A DNA stretch of 63,896 bases, counting the filler, from Craspedostauros australis (Eukaryota), in NCBI GenBank assembly GCA_030167865.1. It is 16 parts of 16 records of this genome, joined end to end, with 100 filler letters (N's around TTAATTAATTAA, not from the genome) between each part and the next. Parts side by side here need not be neighbours in the genome. Positions count along the whole stretch, not along the records: positions 1 to 2,125 come from JALAGF010004919.1; positions 2,226 to 5,759 come from JALAGF010004920.1; positions 5,860 to 7,205 come from JALAGF010004921.1; positions 7,306 to 9,133 come from JALAGF010004922.1; positions 9,234 to 20,461 come from JALAGF010004923.1; 11 more parts are not named here. One strand, written 5' to 3'. Under the pieces are notes generated by a model, which did not search any database, was not told the origin of the DNA, and saw only the letters and a list, made by a program, of their open reading frames with translations. Of the stretch, positions 1 to 11,630 are shown piece after piece (position 1 is the stretch's first letter; every line of letters begins with the position of its first letter). The translations under genes and the position numbers were made by a program.

Positions 1-261
1 GGAATCGTACCGCATGAATGTAGATGATGATATGCATGATGAGATGCATGATGGAGATGCCTGATGAAAGGATCGATGAATACAGGCGAGAATGCATGAT
101 GAAGACAGCATGAAGACAGCATGAAGGCAACAGTATGACATGATGTTACTGTGGATTATACATGCTATGGCAAATGGAATTGGAAGAGCTGAAGATGNNN
201 NNNNNNNNNNNNNNNNNNNNNNNNNNNNNNNNNNNNNNNNNNNNNNNNNNNNNNNNNNNNN

Positions 262-2124
262 CTGGGTTACCCCGGATTTCCAACACGTTTCGAAACGTTA
301 TGATTGAAATCCAACGTTTCCATCACCACCAACACTAGCCAACATCACCATCGTCGACATGACCATCAACCACACCGAAGACTATTGCAAGTAATGGTCC
401 CCTGTGTCAAGAGAGAGGAGAGCAGGACGCTCTGGAGCACGGTGCTCCTTGCCAATGGACGCCAAGAACGGCACGGCAACCCCCACATGAGCGAAGACGT
501 CGAGATGATGATGATGATCGAATCGAGCGCCCCCGCGAGTCCACCAGCAGAGTGGAGACCGCAGCTGAGGTAAGCGCAAGCACCGCATGTACTACTGGAA
601 GCAAGGAGGCGCTCGACACACGCATCAGAAGAACTGTCCATGGTCATGGGACCATGAAGTCGAGGAAGGCACGGAGAACTTCACGGCTATGTTGGAGCAT
701 GAGAGCAAGCTGCTCGCAAGAAGAGATTCAGACGCAGCAGGCCATGCTCTCGGACGCATCAGACTCAGCAGACTGCGCCATGAAGGCGAGATAGCTGATG
801 GAGCTCAATGAGATGCAATCGAGGAAGCGGTGAGAGCTTCCTACCTACCCCTACAAGGCGCGGAGCTGCCTCGGAACCACTCGGTCGACATCAAAGCCAA
901 GATGGATGAGGAGCAATGCAGATAGCTAATGCAGATCGTCCGTGCACATGGCACGCGCGAGGTAATCTATCACAAGCATGCAGGAAGAAAGGATATGATA
1001 AAGAATCAATAAGATACACGCAGGCATGGGCATGGCCCATGGTCGCGAGCACATTGCAAGTGACGCGAAGAGCAGCAATGGAAGCACCGAGATGATCACA
1101 TGGCGCTGTTGGCCATCGTGTGATACAGGTTCGAGTGCTGGCTGCGAATACTGCTGCGATATGATCGCGGAGNNNNNNNNNNNNNNNNNNNNNNNNNNNN
1201 NNNNNNNNNNNNNNNNNNNNNNNNNNNNNNNNNNNNNNNNNNNNNNNNNNNNNNNNNNNNNNNNNNNNNNNNNNNNNNGAGGTCCGACCGCGCTTCGATC
1301 CCACGCTCGAGACGAAAGCCGAGGAACAGGAGGTATCCTCGCATCGGGGAAGACGACGAATCGGAACATCCGCGCAGCTATGAGCCTCATCTACGATCGC
1401 CACCGTATCAAAAACGGTTATAAGCGCGCACGAGGCAACAGTAGTGAGAGCGAGATGATGCTGGCTACGGATCGATCGGTTGGGGAGTAACAGTCCTAGC
1501 CGCGATGCCCACGACAGTGAGATGACGGATCAGCGTTTGCCAACAATGAAAGGCAAAGGCAAGAATAGCGGTGATGCCAAGAGGCAGAGCAACCGCGATG
1601 ACAAACAAAGGATGCGATGCAGGAGGCTGAGTCGACCAACGTCGCGATTGACAGGATGGATGACATCGCTCTCATCACTGACGAGTTGATGTGTGCGGCC
1701 ATCAACAAAAACGCGGCCGACATCAAAAATGTGACCAACACGTAATTTGTGGTCACCACCGAAATCGCGAACAACAAAAACGCGGTCGACATCAAAAATG
1801 TGACCAGCACGTAATTTGTGGTCACCACCGAAATCGCGAACAGCAAATCAAAAATGTGACCATCAGAAACCACGCGATGATGCGCGACGACCAACGCGAA
1901 ATTCGTGGTCATCACCGAAATCGCGAACAACAAAACAATAATGTGACCACGGGAAACTACACGATGGATACTCGTGATAACTGACAATGATGATGTCTCC
2001 GACTTTGACAGCGGAACACCATTCAACGACTACGAGTGGATCAGGGAGGAGACAGCCGAGTACACTTCGGGAGTGCATGGCTACTACGGATCTACGATCG
2101 ACCACGAAGAGTTGATCAACCGAG
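262..2124 (+). mobile_element. Heavily decayed LTR-retrotransposon 5' region (LTR end plus gag-like remnants)
   Basis: TTCCAACA-CGTTT at ~278-290 matches the LTR end/leader junction of the copia at 16128 (minus strand TTCCAACA-CGTTT). Downstream fragments such as NIRAAMSLIYDR and KGKGKN loosely resemble that family's gag C-terminus. No intact ORF. Confidence 0.35.
1703..1950. repeat. 69-bp tandem repeat (two near-perfect units plus degenerate copies)
   Basis: Unit CAACAAAAACGCGG...CACCGAAATCGCGAA starts at 1703 and 1772, with partial copies to ~1950. Confidence 0.85.
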
Positions 2125-2169
2125 ANNNNNNNNNNNNNNNNNNNNNNNNNNNNNNNNNNNNNNNNNNNN

Positions 2170-2181
2170 TTAATTAATTAA
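2170..2181. other. Artificial contig linker TTAATTAATTAA flanked by N runs (first of 15)
   Basis: The same 12-mer, with stops in all six frames, sits within ~44-N runs at 2170, 5804, 7250, 9178, 20506, 27456, 34141, 35535, 41448, 46220, 47620, 54499, 57001, 61179 and 62488. Confidence 0.97.
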
Positions 2182-2226
2182 NNNNNNNNNNNNNNNNNNN
2201 NNNNNNNNNNNNNNNNNNNNNNNNNC

Positions 2227-2308
2227 CAAGTGCGTATGAGAGAATAACGGGTGAACGATGCACATATACTCGTACATCTCGACATATACTCACATGTACA
2301 TCTCGACA
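2227..2308 (-). mobile_element. Start of a copia LTR (TGTCGAGATG...) inserted into a copia pol region
   Basis: Near-identical to 34019-34096 and 55246-55328. Begins with TG on the minus strand and interrupts the host ORF after SESNHEDD; the copy at 34197-35490 continues as EILPSG. Confidence 0.85.
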
Positions 2309-5300
2309 GTCATCCTCATGATTGGATTCGCTCCGATCTTCCTCGTCGTTGTGAATTAGTTGAGTCACTACTCCATTGTCCTCGTCATCGCTATCTGATA
2401 GGATGTGATATCTGTTGGTATCAGCGAAAGATGCTCTCTTCGCTTCTGATGTTAGACGTGTTGCCGTCCTTGGCGTTGCTTCCTTCCGTCCGATGGTTGT
2501 GAAGCCGTCTGCGTCTGTTGTTCTTGATTCGTTGGATATGTTCAGTGCTGGTGCCCAGCCACGGAACTGTCCGTATGCTTGGTTGAGCCACTTGATGTCG
2601 CGTGAGCAGATCAGTGATTTGGTCGATGGTCTGTACATTTTGTAGACCCCTGATGCGTGTTGGTGTGCATATCCGATGAACACCATCTCTTCTCCTCTAT
2701 TCTTGAGCTTGGCGGTAATCTCGCCATAGGTAGTCTTCACAACACCCACCTCTCCAAACGTGCGGAGTGCATCCGCATATGGTGGATCGCTGCCGAAGAA
2801 TTGGCGATGTGGTGACTCCTTTTGGTTCTTCGCTATGGTGATGTTGGCGATGGCGGTGACAGTGCTTGCAGCTGCTACCCACAGGCCATGCCTATATTCT
2901 TCGTCGAGCTGTGCTCCGTTGAGCATGGAGCGGATCTTGGTGTAGAGATACGCGAACTTGCGTTCTACTCTGCCGTTCTGTTGCGGTGTGTTCGATGCCG
3001 TGAATTCGAATTTCACGTTCAGTCCTGCATCGATGAGAATATCCTGCGTGGATTTGTTCTCTCCGCTGTTGTCTCCTCGGAAGATGATCTGTTGGTCACC
3101 AGTCTGTGATTTGATCGTTTGGACGAATCGTTTGATGTACCCTGGTTGATCACTTTTGTTCTTGAGGAAGAAACTCCAGCAGTGATCCGTGCAGTCGTCC
3201 ACGATCAGGATCCAGTAGCGTTTATCTCCGAAGCTTATGTGTTTAGTGTAACTAATGTCAATGAAGAGCCATTTGCCGCGGCGAGTTGCTCTTGGAATCG
3301 TTGCCTTCGGAATGTTCTTCACTCTTGCGTTCGCGACCGCGCAGTCGCGACATACCGGCATCTCACCGATGATCTTCCATCCGTATTGGGCGGCTGTCCG
3401 CTTCATGGTTTCGAGTGGCGCGTGGCCGAGCATTCGATGCAAGTTCACCGCGCTGATCTCCTTGGATGGATTCTTGATGATGGCTGTGCAAGCCTTGTCG
3501 TCGTTCATTGGCATGATGGGATGCATCTGTACTCCCGTGATGAATCCGTTCAATGTGGGGAAGACTCGGTCAAATACGATCTTCGTTCCGGATCCGTTGA
3601 TGATGTCCATCAGAATGCTGTTGTTACCAAGCTGGTAACTGTTGTACAGAGCCTTGTTCGTGGAGAAAAGGTTCACCGCCATTTTTGGTGTGTACTTCAC
3701 ATCGTCGAGCCGGATGATGTGGCCAGTGTTGTCTCGTTGCTTGACCTTCAAGCGAATGGATCCCATTTTGGGAGATTCCAGCTTTGTGCTGTCTCCCACT
3801 TGGACGAAGGACTTGATGTGCCGCACGTTGAAGAGAGCGGCGTCTGAGTTGACGATGTGACACGAAGCTCCGCTGTCGGCAAGCCAGGTGTCCTTGTTGA
3901 CCTTGTCCTTGTACTTGGTGCTGAGTTCGTGGAGCTGCTCCACAGCTGCTGCGGCTGTATCGTCCATGATGTTGTCTTCGTCTTCTTTGTCGACATGGAC
4001 TCCATATTCATTCCATGGGTTCTCGTGATGTTCATCGTCCGCGTCGTCGGGTAGTTGCGTGTAGTCCGATGGAGTCGTGATGTTCCGATGTGATCCTGTG
4101 GCTGGATCATATGGGTAGACGCGTGGTCGTTCGCGTAAGAGCACGCGCATGCATCCTCCAAGGATGTAATGCAGATCCGTTTCTGGGATCGTCTCTGTGT
4201 TGTCCGCTTCCAGTATGCGGTTGATGACGACCGAATTGGCGAGAATCTCTTCGATTGATCTGAAGTTCCCGGATAGAATCGATCCCATCATGTTCACCCA
4301 TATTGGTCTGAGCACTCCTTGTGCGACTCCTGGGAACAATTTCACTCCTGTTTCCATTGCGGCATCGAATATGAGTTGCTTCTGGATTATCAATGCTGTT
4401 GCTGTTCCGTATGGGATGGTATCATGACGATGGAGATAGTCTGAGTTGTTGGGATTCCCAATCGGTGGGAATTCGATATCCCCTGGGTAGATGACACGCT
4501 CGTTTCGATTGAAGCTGTCGTCTGGATGGTCTTCGGTTTCGTCGCTGTCATCTTCATCGAAGATGCCCGATCTGTTGTTCCCCGCCGCTGGAGGAGGCGG
4601 CGCTGCGCCGCTGTTCGTTTCATCTTGGCCTCCATCGATCTCGTTGATCTCATCGTCAGCCTCTTCACTCATGGCCTCTTCGATGTCACTATCGATGGCC
4701 TCGTTGCCCATCTCGGCTCCGTTGCCATATGAACCGATCAGGTCGTTTGCGTTGAAGCAGCATTCGTAGCTCACTTCGCGTCTTGGATCCACCTCGTGGA
4801 TGATTGGCTCTTCGCTGAGCCACTCCGGGACGATCTCATCGTCCTGTACTTCGTCGTCACTNCCGACGCACTCGAAGTTATCGAAGAAGGAGTCTTCGAT
4901 GTAGTCNTCGGACACCAACATGCAGAGCGGCATGTCCTTTGCCGAGAGTACCATCTCGTGCCCGCTCTTGTCGTGTCCTTCCGTTGCTGTGTTGGCTTGT
5001 TCGTTGGCCTTCTTGTTCTCGTTGAACTTCTTCTTTTGGCACTCCGCCTCGCGGTGTCCGAAGATGCCACAGTAGTTGCACTTCCCGTTGAAGCCACTTC
5101 CCTTGTTGTGGTTGTTGTTGCGCTTTCCGTTCATCTTGTTGTTGTTGTTGTTGTTGTTTTTCTTGTTGTTCGATTTCTTGCGTTCTGGGCAATCGGCGGA
5201 TCTGTGACCATACACACCACAGTTGTGACAGGTACCCTTGAAGTTACCGGTGCTTGTGAAGCCGGTGTCGTTGCTCTTCGTGTTACTGTCTTGGAAGTCG

Positions 5301-5759
5301 TCGATGTACGCCTTGCCTCCTTGATGGGTGGCGTATGTTGTGCGGAGTACTCCTCTGATTGCGTTGATGGTAACCAGTTCCGGATTAAACGTGAGTTGAT
5401 GTTGGAAGTTCACGACGTGGGTTCTGTATTCGTTGCTCACCGTGCTGAGGATTTGCATGATCATTTCCTCGTCCGTGATCTCGTACTTGACATCGTGGAG
5501 ACGCGATCGTAGACCCTCGAGTCGTGTGATGTAGATGTTGGGGTCCGTGTCTCTCTTCATCTTTTCGTTGTTGAATTGGCGCTTGAGTTTGATCTTCGTT
5601 GCGGCGTTGGATGGACGGAACTTCTCCTCGAGAACGTTCCACGCTGCGTGTGAGTCTCCTTTGGGATAGTCGTCAGAGACGCATTGGTTGATGTACTGGA
5701 TGGCCTGCTTGCCTTTTCCTTTCTCTGCATCCATCATGAGGATCAGATCGCTGAAGCAG
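2309..5759 (-). mobile_element. Ty1/copia gag-pol fragment (family A): gag, two CCHC zinc knuckles, protease, GAG-pre-integrase, integrase
   Basis: Zinc knuckles CHNCGVYGHRSADC and CNYCGIFGHREAEC, protease WLADSGASCH, HRMLGH...CRDC, integrase FIDIS/RGDNSGE/TPQQNGRVER. The PR-IN order is copia-type. Confidence 0.93.
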
Positions 5760-5859
5760 NNNNNNNNNNNNNNNNNNNNNNNNNNNNNNNNNNNNNNNNN
5801 NNNTTAATTAATTAANNNNNNNNNNNNNNNNNNNNNNNNNNNNNNNNNNNNNNNNNNNN

Positions 5860-7205
5860 CCTTGAAGACAGCAACATGAGATACAACTCAATGAAGATAA
5901 CATAAGACCAGAAGTCACTCAACCCAAACAGTGTCTTCACTCATCAGCTTGTCACCCTCGTCCTGAAAGACTTGATCTCTCTTGAAGGACTCGTGTGATT
6001 TCGCTGTGTACGATAACGTGATAACAGATTAACAGTCGCAAGCACTACGTCCTGACCTGACTGAGTGAACCCCCTCCAAACCACCGAGCTGATCCCATCA
6101 GCAACGAACTGATTGCATCACGTGACGACGTGAAGCAAGAACCGAACAAGAACAAGAGCCTTCCAAGGCAGCGCACATGAACATACCGAGCACAGCGTAT
6201 CCGCTTCTCCGTACCGAACCGAACAACAACAAGAGCCATCAAAGGCATCGCAAACGAACTCACCGAGCACAGCGTATCCGCTTCTCCGTGACGAACCGAG
6301 CAACCGAACACACCGAGCACAGCGTATCCGCTTCTCCGTGACGAACCGAACCGAACAAGATGACAGAACCCACCGACCCCATCACCGTACTGAACCATGT
6401 CCTCAAGGCCGTGGGTATCTCCGATGACTCCGACCATCGCCGCGTTATCATCGACGCAGCGGTGGAGAATGTTGACGACCTCACCTTCCTCACCAAGGAA
6501 GACCTCGACGGTCTTCATCGCGACNTCACTCCCACCNCGGGAGACCCATACTCATGCCGATTGACTGCNTTGCACATTCGCAAGATCCTCGCACTCCCAA
6601 TGTGGTATGACGCGCAAGCTGGCGACGGCGACTCCGTCTGGCTTGGCCTGAATGCTGCGAGGCTCCAGAGCTTCATGAGAGCTGAACTCAAGAAGCGCGT
6701 GGATGCCTCCATGCCAACACCCGAACCCACCATGTCGTCCATGGTGACGCCACCATCACCACCTGAACACATCTCTGATGGAGCCGCTGCCTTCGACAAG
6801 GGCATCAAGCGGAACCTCAGCGACTATCCGATCCTGAAGAGCGACGACCAGTTCATGGTCTTCGACCGACGTCTNNNNNNNNNNNNNNNNNNNNNNNNNN
6901 NNNNNNNNNNNNNNNNNNNNNNNNNNNNNNNNNNNNNNNNNNNNNNNNNNNNNNNNNNNNNNNNNNNNNNNNNNNNNNNNNNNNNNNNNNNNNNNNNNNN
7001 NNNNNNNNNNNNNNNNNNNNNNNNNNNNCAGGCATACGCCGATGACGAGAATGGCCATGGGGTGTATACCATGCTCCGTGAGGAGTACGCGACCGGAGTG
7101 GCCGCAGCCAACAAGGCCCAACTGATCCAAGAGGAGATCCGAAACCTCAAGCTGAACCACTCCTGGAACGGCAGCCGCGAAGCCTTCGTGAACAGCTGGC
7201 TCAGC
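5860..7205 (+). mobile_element. 5' part of another copia-like element: LTR end/leader and gag ORF 6360-7205
   Basis: The ORF contains FDKGIKRNLSDYPILK and ENGHGVYTMLREEY, which resemble gag of diatom copia elements. It has a repeat-rich leader and is cut by the contig end. Confidence 0.65.
6184..6352. repeat. Three ~40-bp direct repeats in the retroelement leader
   Basis: ACCGAGCACAGCGTATCCGCTTCTCCGT occurs at ~6185, 6262 and 6312. Confidence 0.9.
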
Positions 7206-7305
7206 NNNNNNNNNNNNNNNNNNNNNNNNNNNNNNNNNNNNNNNNNNNNTTAATTAATTAANNNNNNNNNNNNNNNNNNNNNNNNNNNNNNNNNNNNNNN
7301 NNNNN

Positions 7306-7478
7306 TTTGAGTCAGTGGTGATTCATGAATGAGTGTGGGAGAAGGAGGGAAAAGGGCGATTGTTCCGTATTTGTTGGTGGGAGGTTTCGCGCCAAAATTT
7401 CGCGCCAAAAATAATTTCAAGGTGCGACAAGGAACACACTGAGTGAAAAGTAGTCCGTTCTTTAGATGAACTTCAACT
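7306..7478 (-). mobile_element. LTR fragment of copia family B (begins AGTTGAAG on minus), inserted into an unknown ORF
   Basis: Near-identical to 27561-27733. Identity ends exactly at TTCAACT in both copies. Confidence 0.85.
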
Positions 7479-7939
7479 AACATGATTAATGCCGGGTTCA
7501 TGTCGGTGGCTTCTTCATGGATGGTGATCAGCAGTTGGGAGATGGTCTTCTCTTCCGCGAGGGTCTTGGCTGGAAAGAGATCAAAGATCATGGCGGTTTC
7601 GATGCTGATCCGAAACTCCTGTTTGAGTTCCGTGAACGCGTCCCAGGTAGTCTTGTGGATGTGGCGCATGACTTCGGTTTCGTTGGTTCTTTCCTTTTGG
7701 TTCCATGCATCCACGATGATGGGGTGTCGGAAGGTAACCTCGATGAAGTCAACTCCGATCTCTGTGAAGGAGAGCGAAGATGGCCCGGCTGTTGGGTAGC
7801 CTGGCGTGCCATCAAGGATGGCAGAGAGGCTTGGGTCCTTTGGGTCCGCGGGAAGGGTCTCGAAGGCTTCGGTCCTGTCTCNTGGGCTCCTCTTGGGAGG
7901 TGGCNGGTTGGAGNCNTGNAGGCGTTGGGTGACGGTCAT
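7479..7939 (-). pseudogene. Unknown ORF truncated by an LTR insertion, probably TE-derived
   Basis: Open frame of ~150 aa running into the LTR. No recognisable motif. Confidence 0.3.
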
Positions 7940-9757
7940 CTTGCAGAGGTCTAAGAGCTTGACAATCTTTTGCGACTGTTAATCTAATAGAGCCCAAACG
8001 TAATGGCTGTTGTCTTGTTGGTTGTTCTTTAGCTGTAGGCAGAGGCTTGACTGGCAAGCAATCCGGACGAGAGTCTTCTGTTCCACAAGTAGTCAATTTA
8101 GAATACTGGTAGATGGTGAAGAAACGTGCGGATTATGAGATTATTGCTATGGTTCTTCTCTTCGAGGGGAATCTNCTGTGATGTCCTGTATGACAATGCG
8201 TGTGGGTTGTGTAGCCCAAGTACCGTGGGTCGAGATCCGTCGTCTGGGTTCTGTGAGAGACAATGGGCGATGATGCTCGTTGTTGTGGTTTTGGTTCCGT
8301 GCGTCGGCGTTTTGGCGATGGTGGGTGTCAGAAACTTGGTTATCGGAACCCCATTGGTTCCCTGACACGAATTCCGAAGATCCGCTTCAAGGTTCTGGAT
8401 CTGTCTCCAAACGTGGGGTTCGGCGAAGTGTCCGTCCGATCTACTGGAATGCTGACAAGTCGGATGATTTGTAGTCTCTCTCGCTAAGGTGGTTACTAGT
8501 TTAGCTCTATTAGGCAGAAGAGCGAGATGTTACTGCTGGAGCTACTTCTGTATACGTACCATTGCAGTCGCGGCGGGACTTCCATCCCTTTCTCCATTCG
8601 CTGTATCCGTTGCTCCTCTGCGCACGGACTGGCCCAATGTGCTGCAAACGAGCATGGGGAGAGCACTTGAAGTGTAGAATAGAGCATAATGGGGGATCTG
8701 ACGATCGGTAGTAGTATAGATGGCATGGCATGTCAAAGAGAGTAAATGATTATCTACCGTTACCATTTCGTCGCTGTTTTGGCCTGTGCCTCTGCCGATC
8801 TCTTTTCGCGGAGGCATGATCGGACATCTGTGATATTGGTTCCAGATGTCAGCACTGTGAGACCGGCGTGTGCAGTGGTGAGATCGTGGGCTCTGGTTTG
8901 GAGGTAAATTGGTAATCGTTAGTTGTCGATTTAGTTGGTTTGCGTTGTTGAGTTGATTGAACTCTCGGTTTATGAGATGATGACGAGATGTTGTTCTGTC
9001 AGAATGCAAGTTGCAGGGTCAGCAGCATCTCCCGTGTAATTCGTCGTGGTCATCATCCTCATTCGATTTGGGTCCTCGCAATACACCGTGTTGTACTTCA
9101 TTTGGTCTTGGGTTGCGATGGCACTCCGAGGTCNNNNNNNNNNNNNNNNNNNNNNNNNNNNNNNNNNNNNNNNNNNNTTAATTAATTAANNNNNNNNNNN
9201 NNNNNNNNNNNNNNNNNNNNNNNNNNNNNNNNNGTCTCCCAATGCTCTTGGTGTCTCCCAACTATGAGTTGGCACGCGAGATGCTCTCTCGCTGTTTCTT
9301 GCATTCTCTCTCTCTCTCTCTTGCATGTTGGGACTATGCGATATTCCGTACTCGATATGTACTCCGTATTCGATACGTAGTCAGTCCGCTCATCTTCTAC
9401 TGACCCACTACTCTGCGTGTAGTTGCCAATATCTCGTCCAAACTCCTCCTTGCATATCCATGATCTCTGTTGGCAAGTTCTGCTCATGGGTATTCTTGTG
9501 ATTGNNNNNNNNNGTGTTGGTGGTGGTGGTGGTTACAATTCTGCTTGCTATTTCATTACGTTGCTATTCCGATTCTGTCTCGGAGTCTCCCGACTATGAG
9601 TCGGCACGCGACATGCTCTCTCGCTGTTACTCATATTCTCTCTCTCTCTCTTTCTTGCGTGTTCGTACTACGCAATATTCTGTACTAGATACGTGCTCCG
9701 TTGTCAGGATGCACATACACATATTTGCATCCTGACACCCTTCCTGTGTGCATTTGG

Positions 9758-11630
9758 TCATTCGAATGTTCTCGATTTATCAAGGTACGACTTCTCATGT
9801 TCTCGTTGTAAGTCGGCCTTGATGTTCTTGGTGAATCCGTCGCTTGTGTTCTGCTCGGATTTGACAAAAATGATTGGGATGGTCTTGTTGGTTACCATGT
9901 TCCTCATGTAGTGATGGCGCACGTCGATGTGCCGCGATCGTTGGGATGTTGATGGGTTCTTGGCGATGAAGATCGCTCTGACGTTGTCCACACGGACCTT
10001 GATCGGTGTCTTCACTGGGACGCCCACACTTTCGAGTAGCTGCACGACGAAGAAGATTTCCTTTGCCGCTTTGGAAAGGGCAACGTATTCTGCTTTGGAT
10101 GAGCTGAGTGTCACAGCCTTCTGTGCCTTGGATCGCCAAAGGATTGGTACCTTGCACAGGTATAGGATGAACCCTCCTACGTTGATTCTTGTGTTCTTGT
10201 CTCCTGCATATTCGCTATTGCAGAAGAGCTCCATGTCCCAGCCGTCGTCGTCTGGATGTGCTGGATGGATCTCCAATCCATGGTGCTGCGTATCGATCAC
10301 GTATTTGATGATCCGATACATCTCCTTCATTGCGGCCTTGGTGGGCCCGATCAATACCTTGGAGAGTTCTCTCACAGGGTTCGCGATGTCCGGTCGCAAG
10401 TGCTTGATGAGGAAGAGTAGCATACCAACACCTTGGCGGTATTTGGCATGTTCTTCTGGTCCAACCTTCTGTAGTCCGTTGTCTTCGGATAGTCGTACGA
10501 TGATTTGACCTGGGGTTGCGTAGCGCCGCATCTTTTCAACCTTGGTTCCGAACTCTTCGATGAGGTGTCGGATGAGATGTGGTCGACGCAACGTTGCTCT
10601 GGTCTTGTCGTGGTTCAGCTCAATGTTGCAGCTGAGGTAGTTGCCGATTCCGCGCTCGATGGTTACCTTGAACTTGCTGCCTTGAATGTCCTTCAGGAAT
10701 GTCTCCAGTGCTTTGGAGTCTCCGCAGCAGAAGCAATTGTCCACGTCGATGGCTACGATCATGCTTCCTTCGTTCGTCTTTTGGTAGAACAGGCACAGAT
10801 CTGCCGCGCTCTGTTCGAAGTTGATGTTCTTGAGGGTCGATACGAACATCTTGAACCATTGCCTGGCGCTCTGAACAAGTCCGTAGATTGGCTTATGTAG
10901 GGTCAGGGCTTCGCCTACTTGATGATCCATCCTGTCGGGACAGTTCATGTAGATCTCCTCGTCGAGGTCTCGGTGTAGGAATGCCGTTACGACATCGACA
11001 AGTGCGCAGTCCATCTTATTGATCAGCATGATCACCATCATGACCCTGTATGTCATGTCATGAATCACTGGTGAGTAGTGTTCCTGGAAGTCTACGCCTG
11101 CAACTTATCAGCACAAATACGTATAGTGCAAATTACATTACTCCCATAGCCCCCACTATCTATAAATTTCACTTGTGTTTAGATCAGCAATCGCAATGCC
11201 TGTAGCTCAATGGTATAGCACCAGTAATTCTCACTGAGGTTCCAGGTTCGAATCCTGGCATGGTACTTTGCTTTTGCTCTCCCCTTGTGATTTTTCGATA
11301 GTGCTCTTTCATGACTTGTGCATATCCACATGCAACGAGCCGCGCTCGATGTGTGCCATCGCNTTTCAACTTGAAGACCCATTTGCATTTGCAGCATCTG
11401 CGGCCTNGNGGGGTGGCGTCTCATTTGATCTTGCTGTACACCTTGCGTGTATCCATGGAGCTGAAATCTTTCTTGATGGCTGCTCGGTATCCCTTTCGAT
11501 GGATGGGATCCGGATGGTTGAATGCCCCATCGAACGTCGTTGGTTCGATGTGCTTCTCGGATTCTTCGTTCTGGTCCTGAAGCGACAGTCCGATGTCAAT
11601 CGCTGGTATCTCGGCAACAATTGCATTCAT
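9758..11630 (-). pseudogene. Copia reverse transcriptase/RNase H, disrupted
   Basis: RARLVACGYAQ, VDVVTAFL, IYGLVQSARQW, RPDIA, VTLSSSKAEY and SRHIDVRHH are present. Catalytic YVDD has decayed to DVDN, and a 207-bp insertion interrupts the frame. Confidence 0.9.
11197..11265 (+). tRNA. tRNA-like sequence (pseudo-tRNA or SINE head), not a confident functional tRNA
   Basis: A box TAGCTCAATGG, D stem GCT/AGC, anticodon stem CAGT/ACTG around AATTCTC, T arm CCAGG-TTCGAAT-CCTGG and an imperfect acceptor TGCC-TG/CATGGTA. The anticodon loop lacks U33. Confidence 0.7.

Noticed and set aside
2170..2181. TTAATTAATTAA as a biological motif (piggyBac TTAA site or regulatory palindrome)
   Set aside because: It is always centred in N runs of similar length, so it is a scaffolding linker.
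3119..5512. Long plus-strand ORFs opposite the copia pol (and similar ones opposite the LINE and the ATPase)
   Set aside because: These are antisense shadows of codon-biased coding sequence with no motifs.
7250..7478. C-terminal peptide VEVHLKNGLLF...ARNFGAKPPTNKYG shared by ORFs at 7250 and 27460
   Set aside because: It is read-through into the family B LTR, not a conserved protein domain.
11197..11265. Functional tRNA-Glu(TTC)
   Set aside because: The anticodon loop lacks the conserved pyrimidine-U at positions 32/33 and the acceptor stem is one base short, so it is kept only as tRNA-like.
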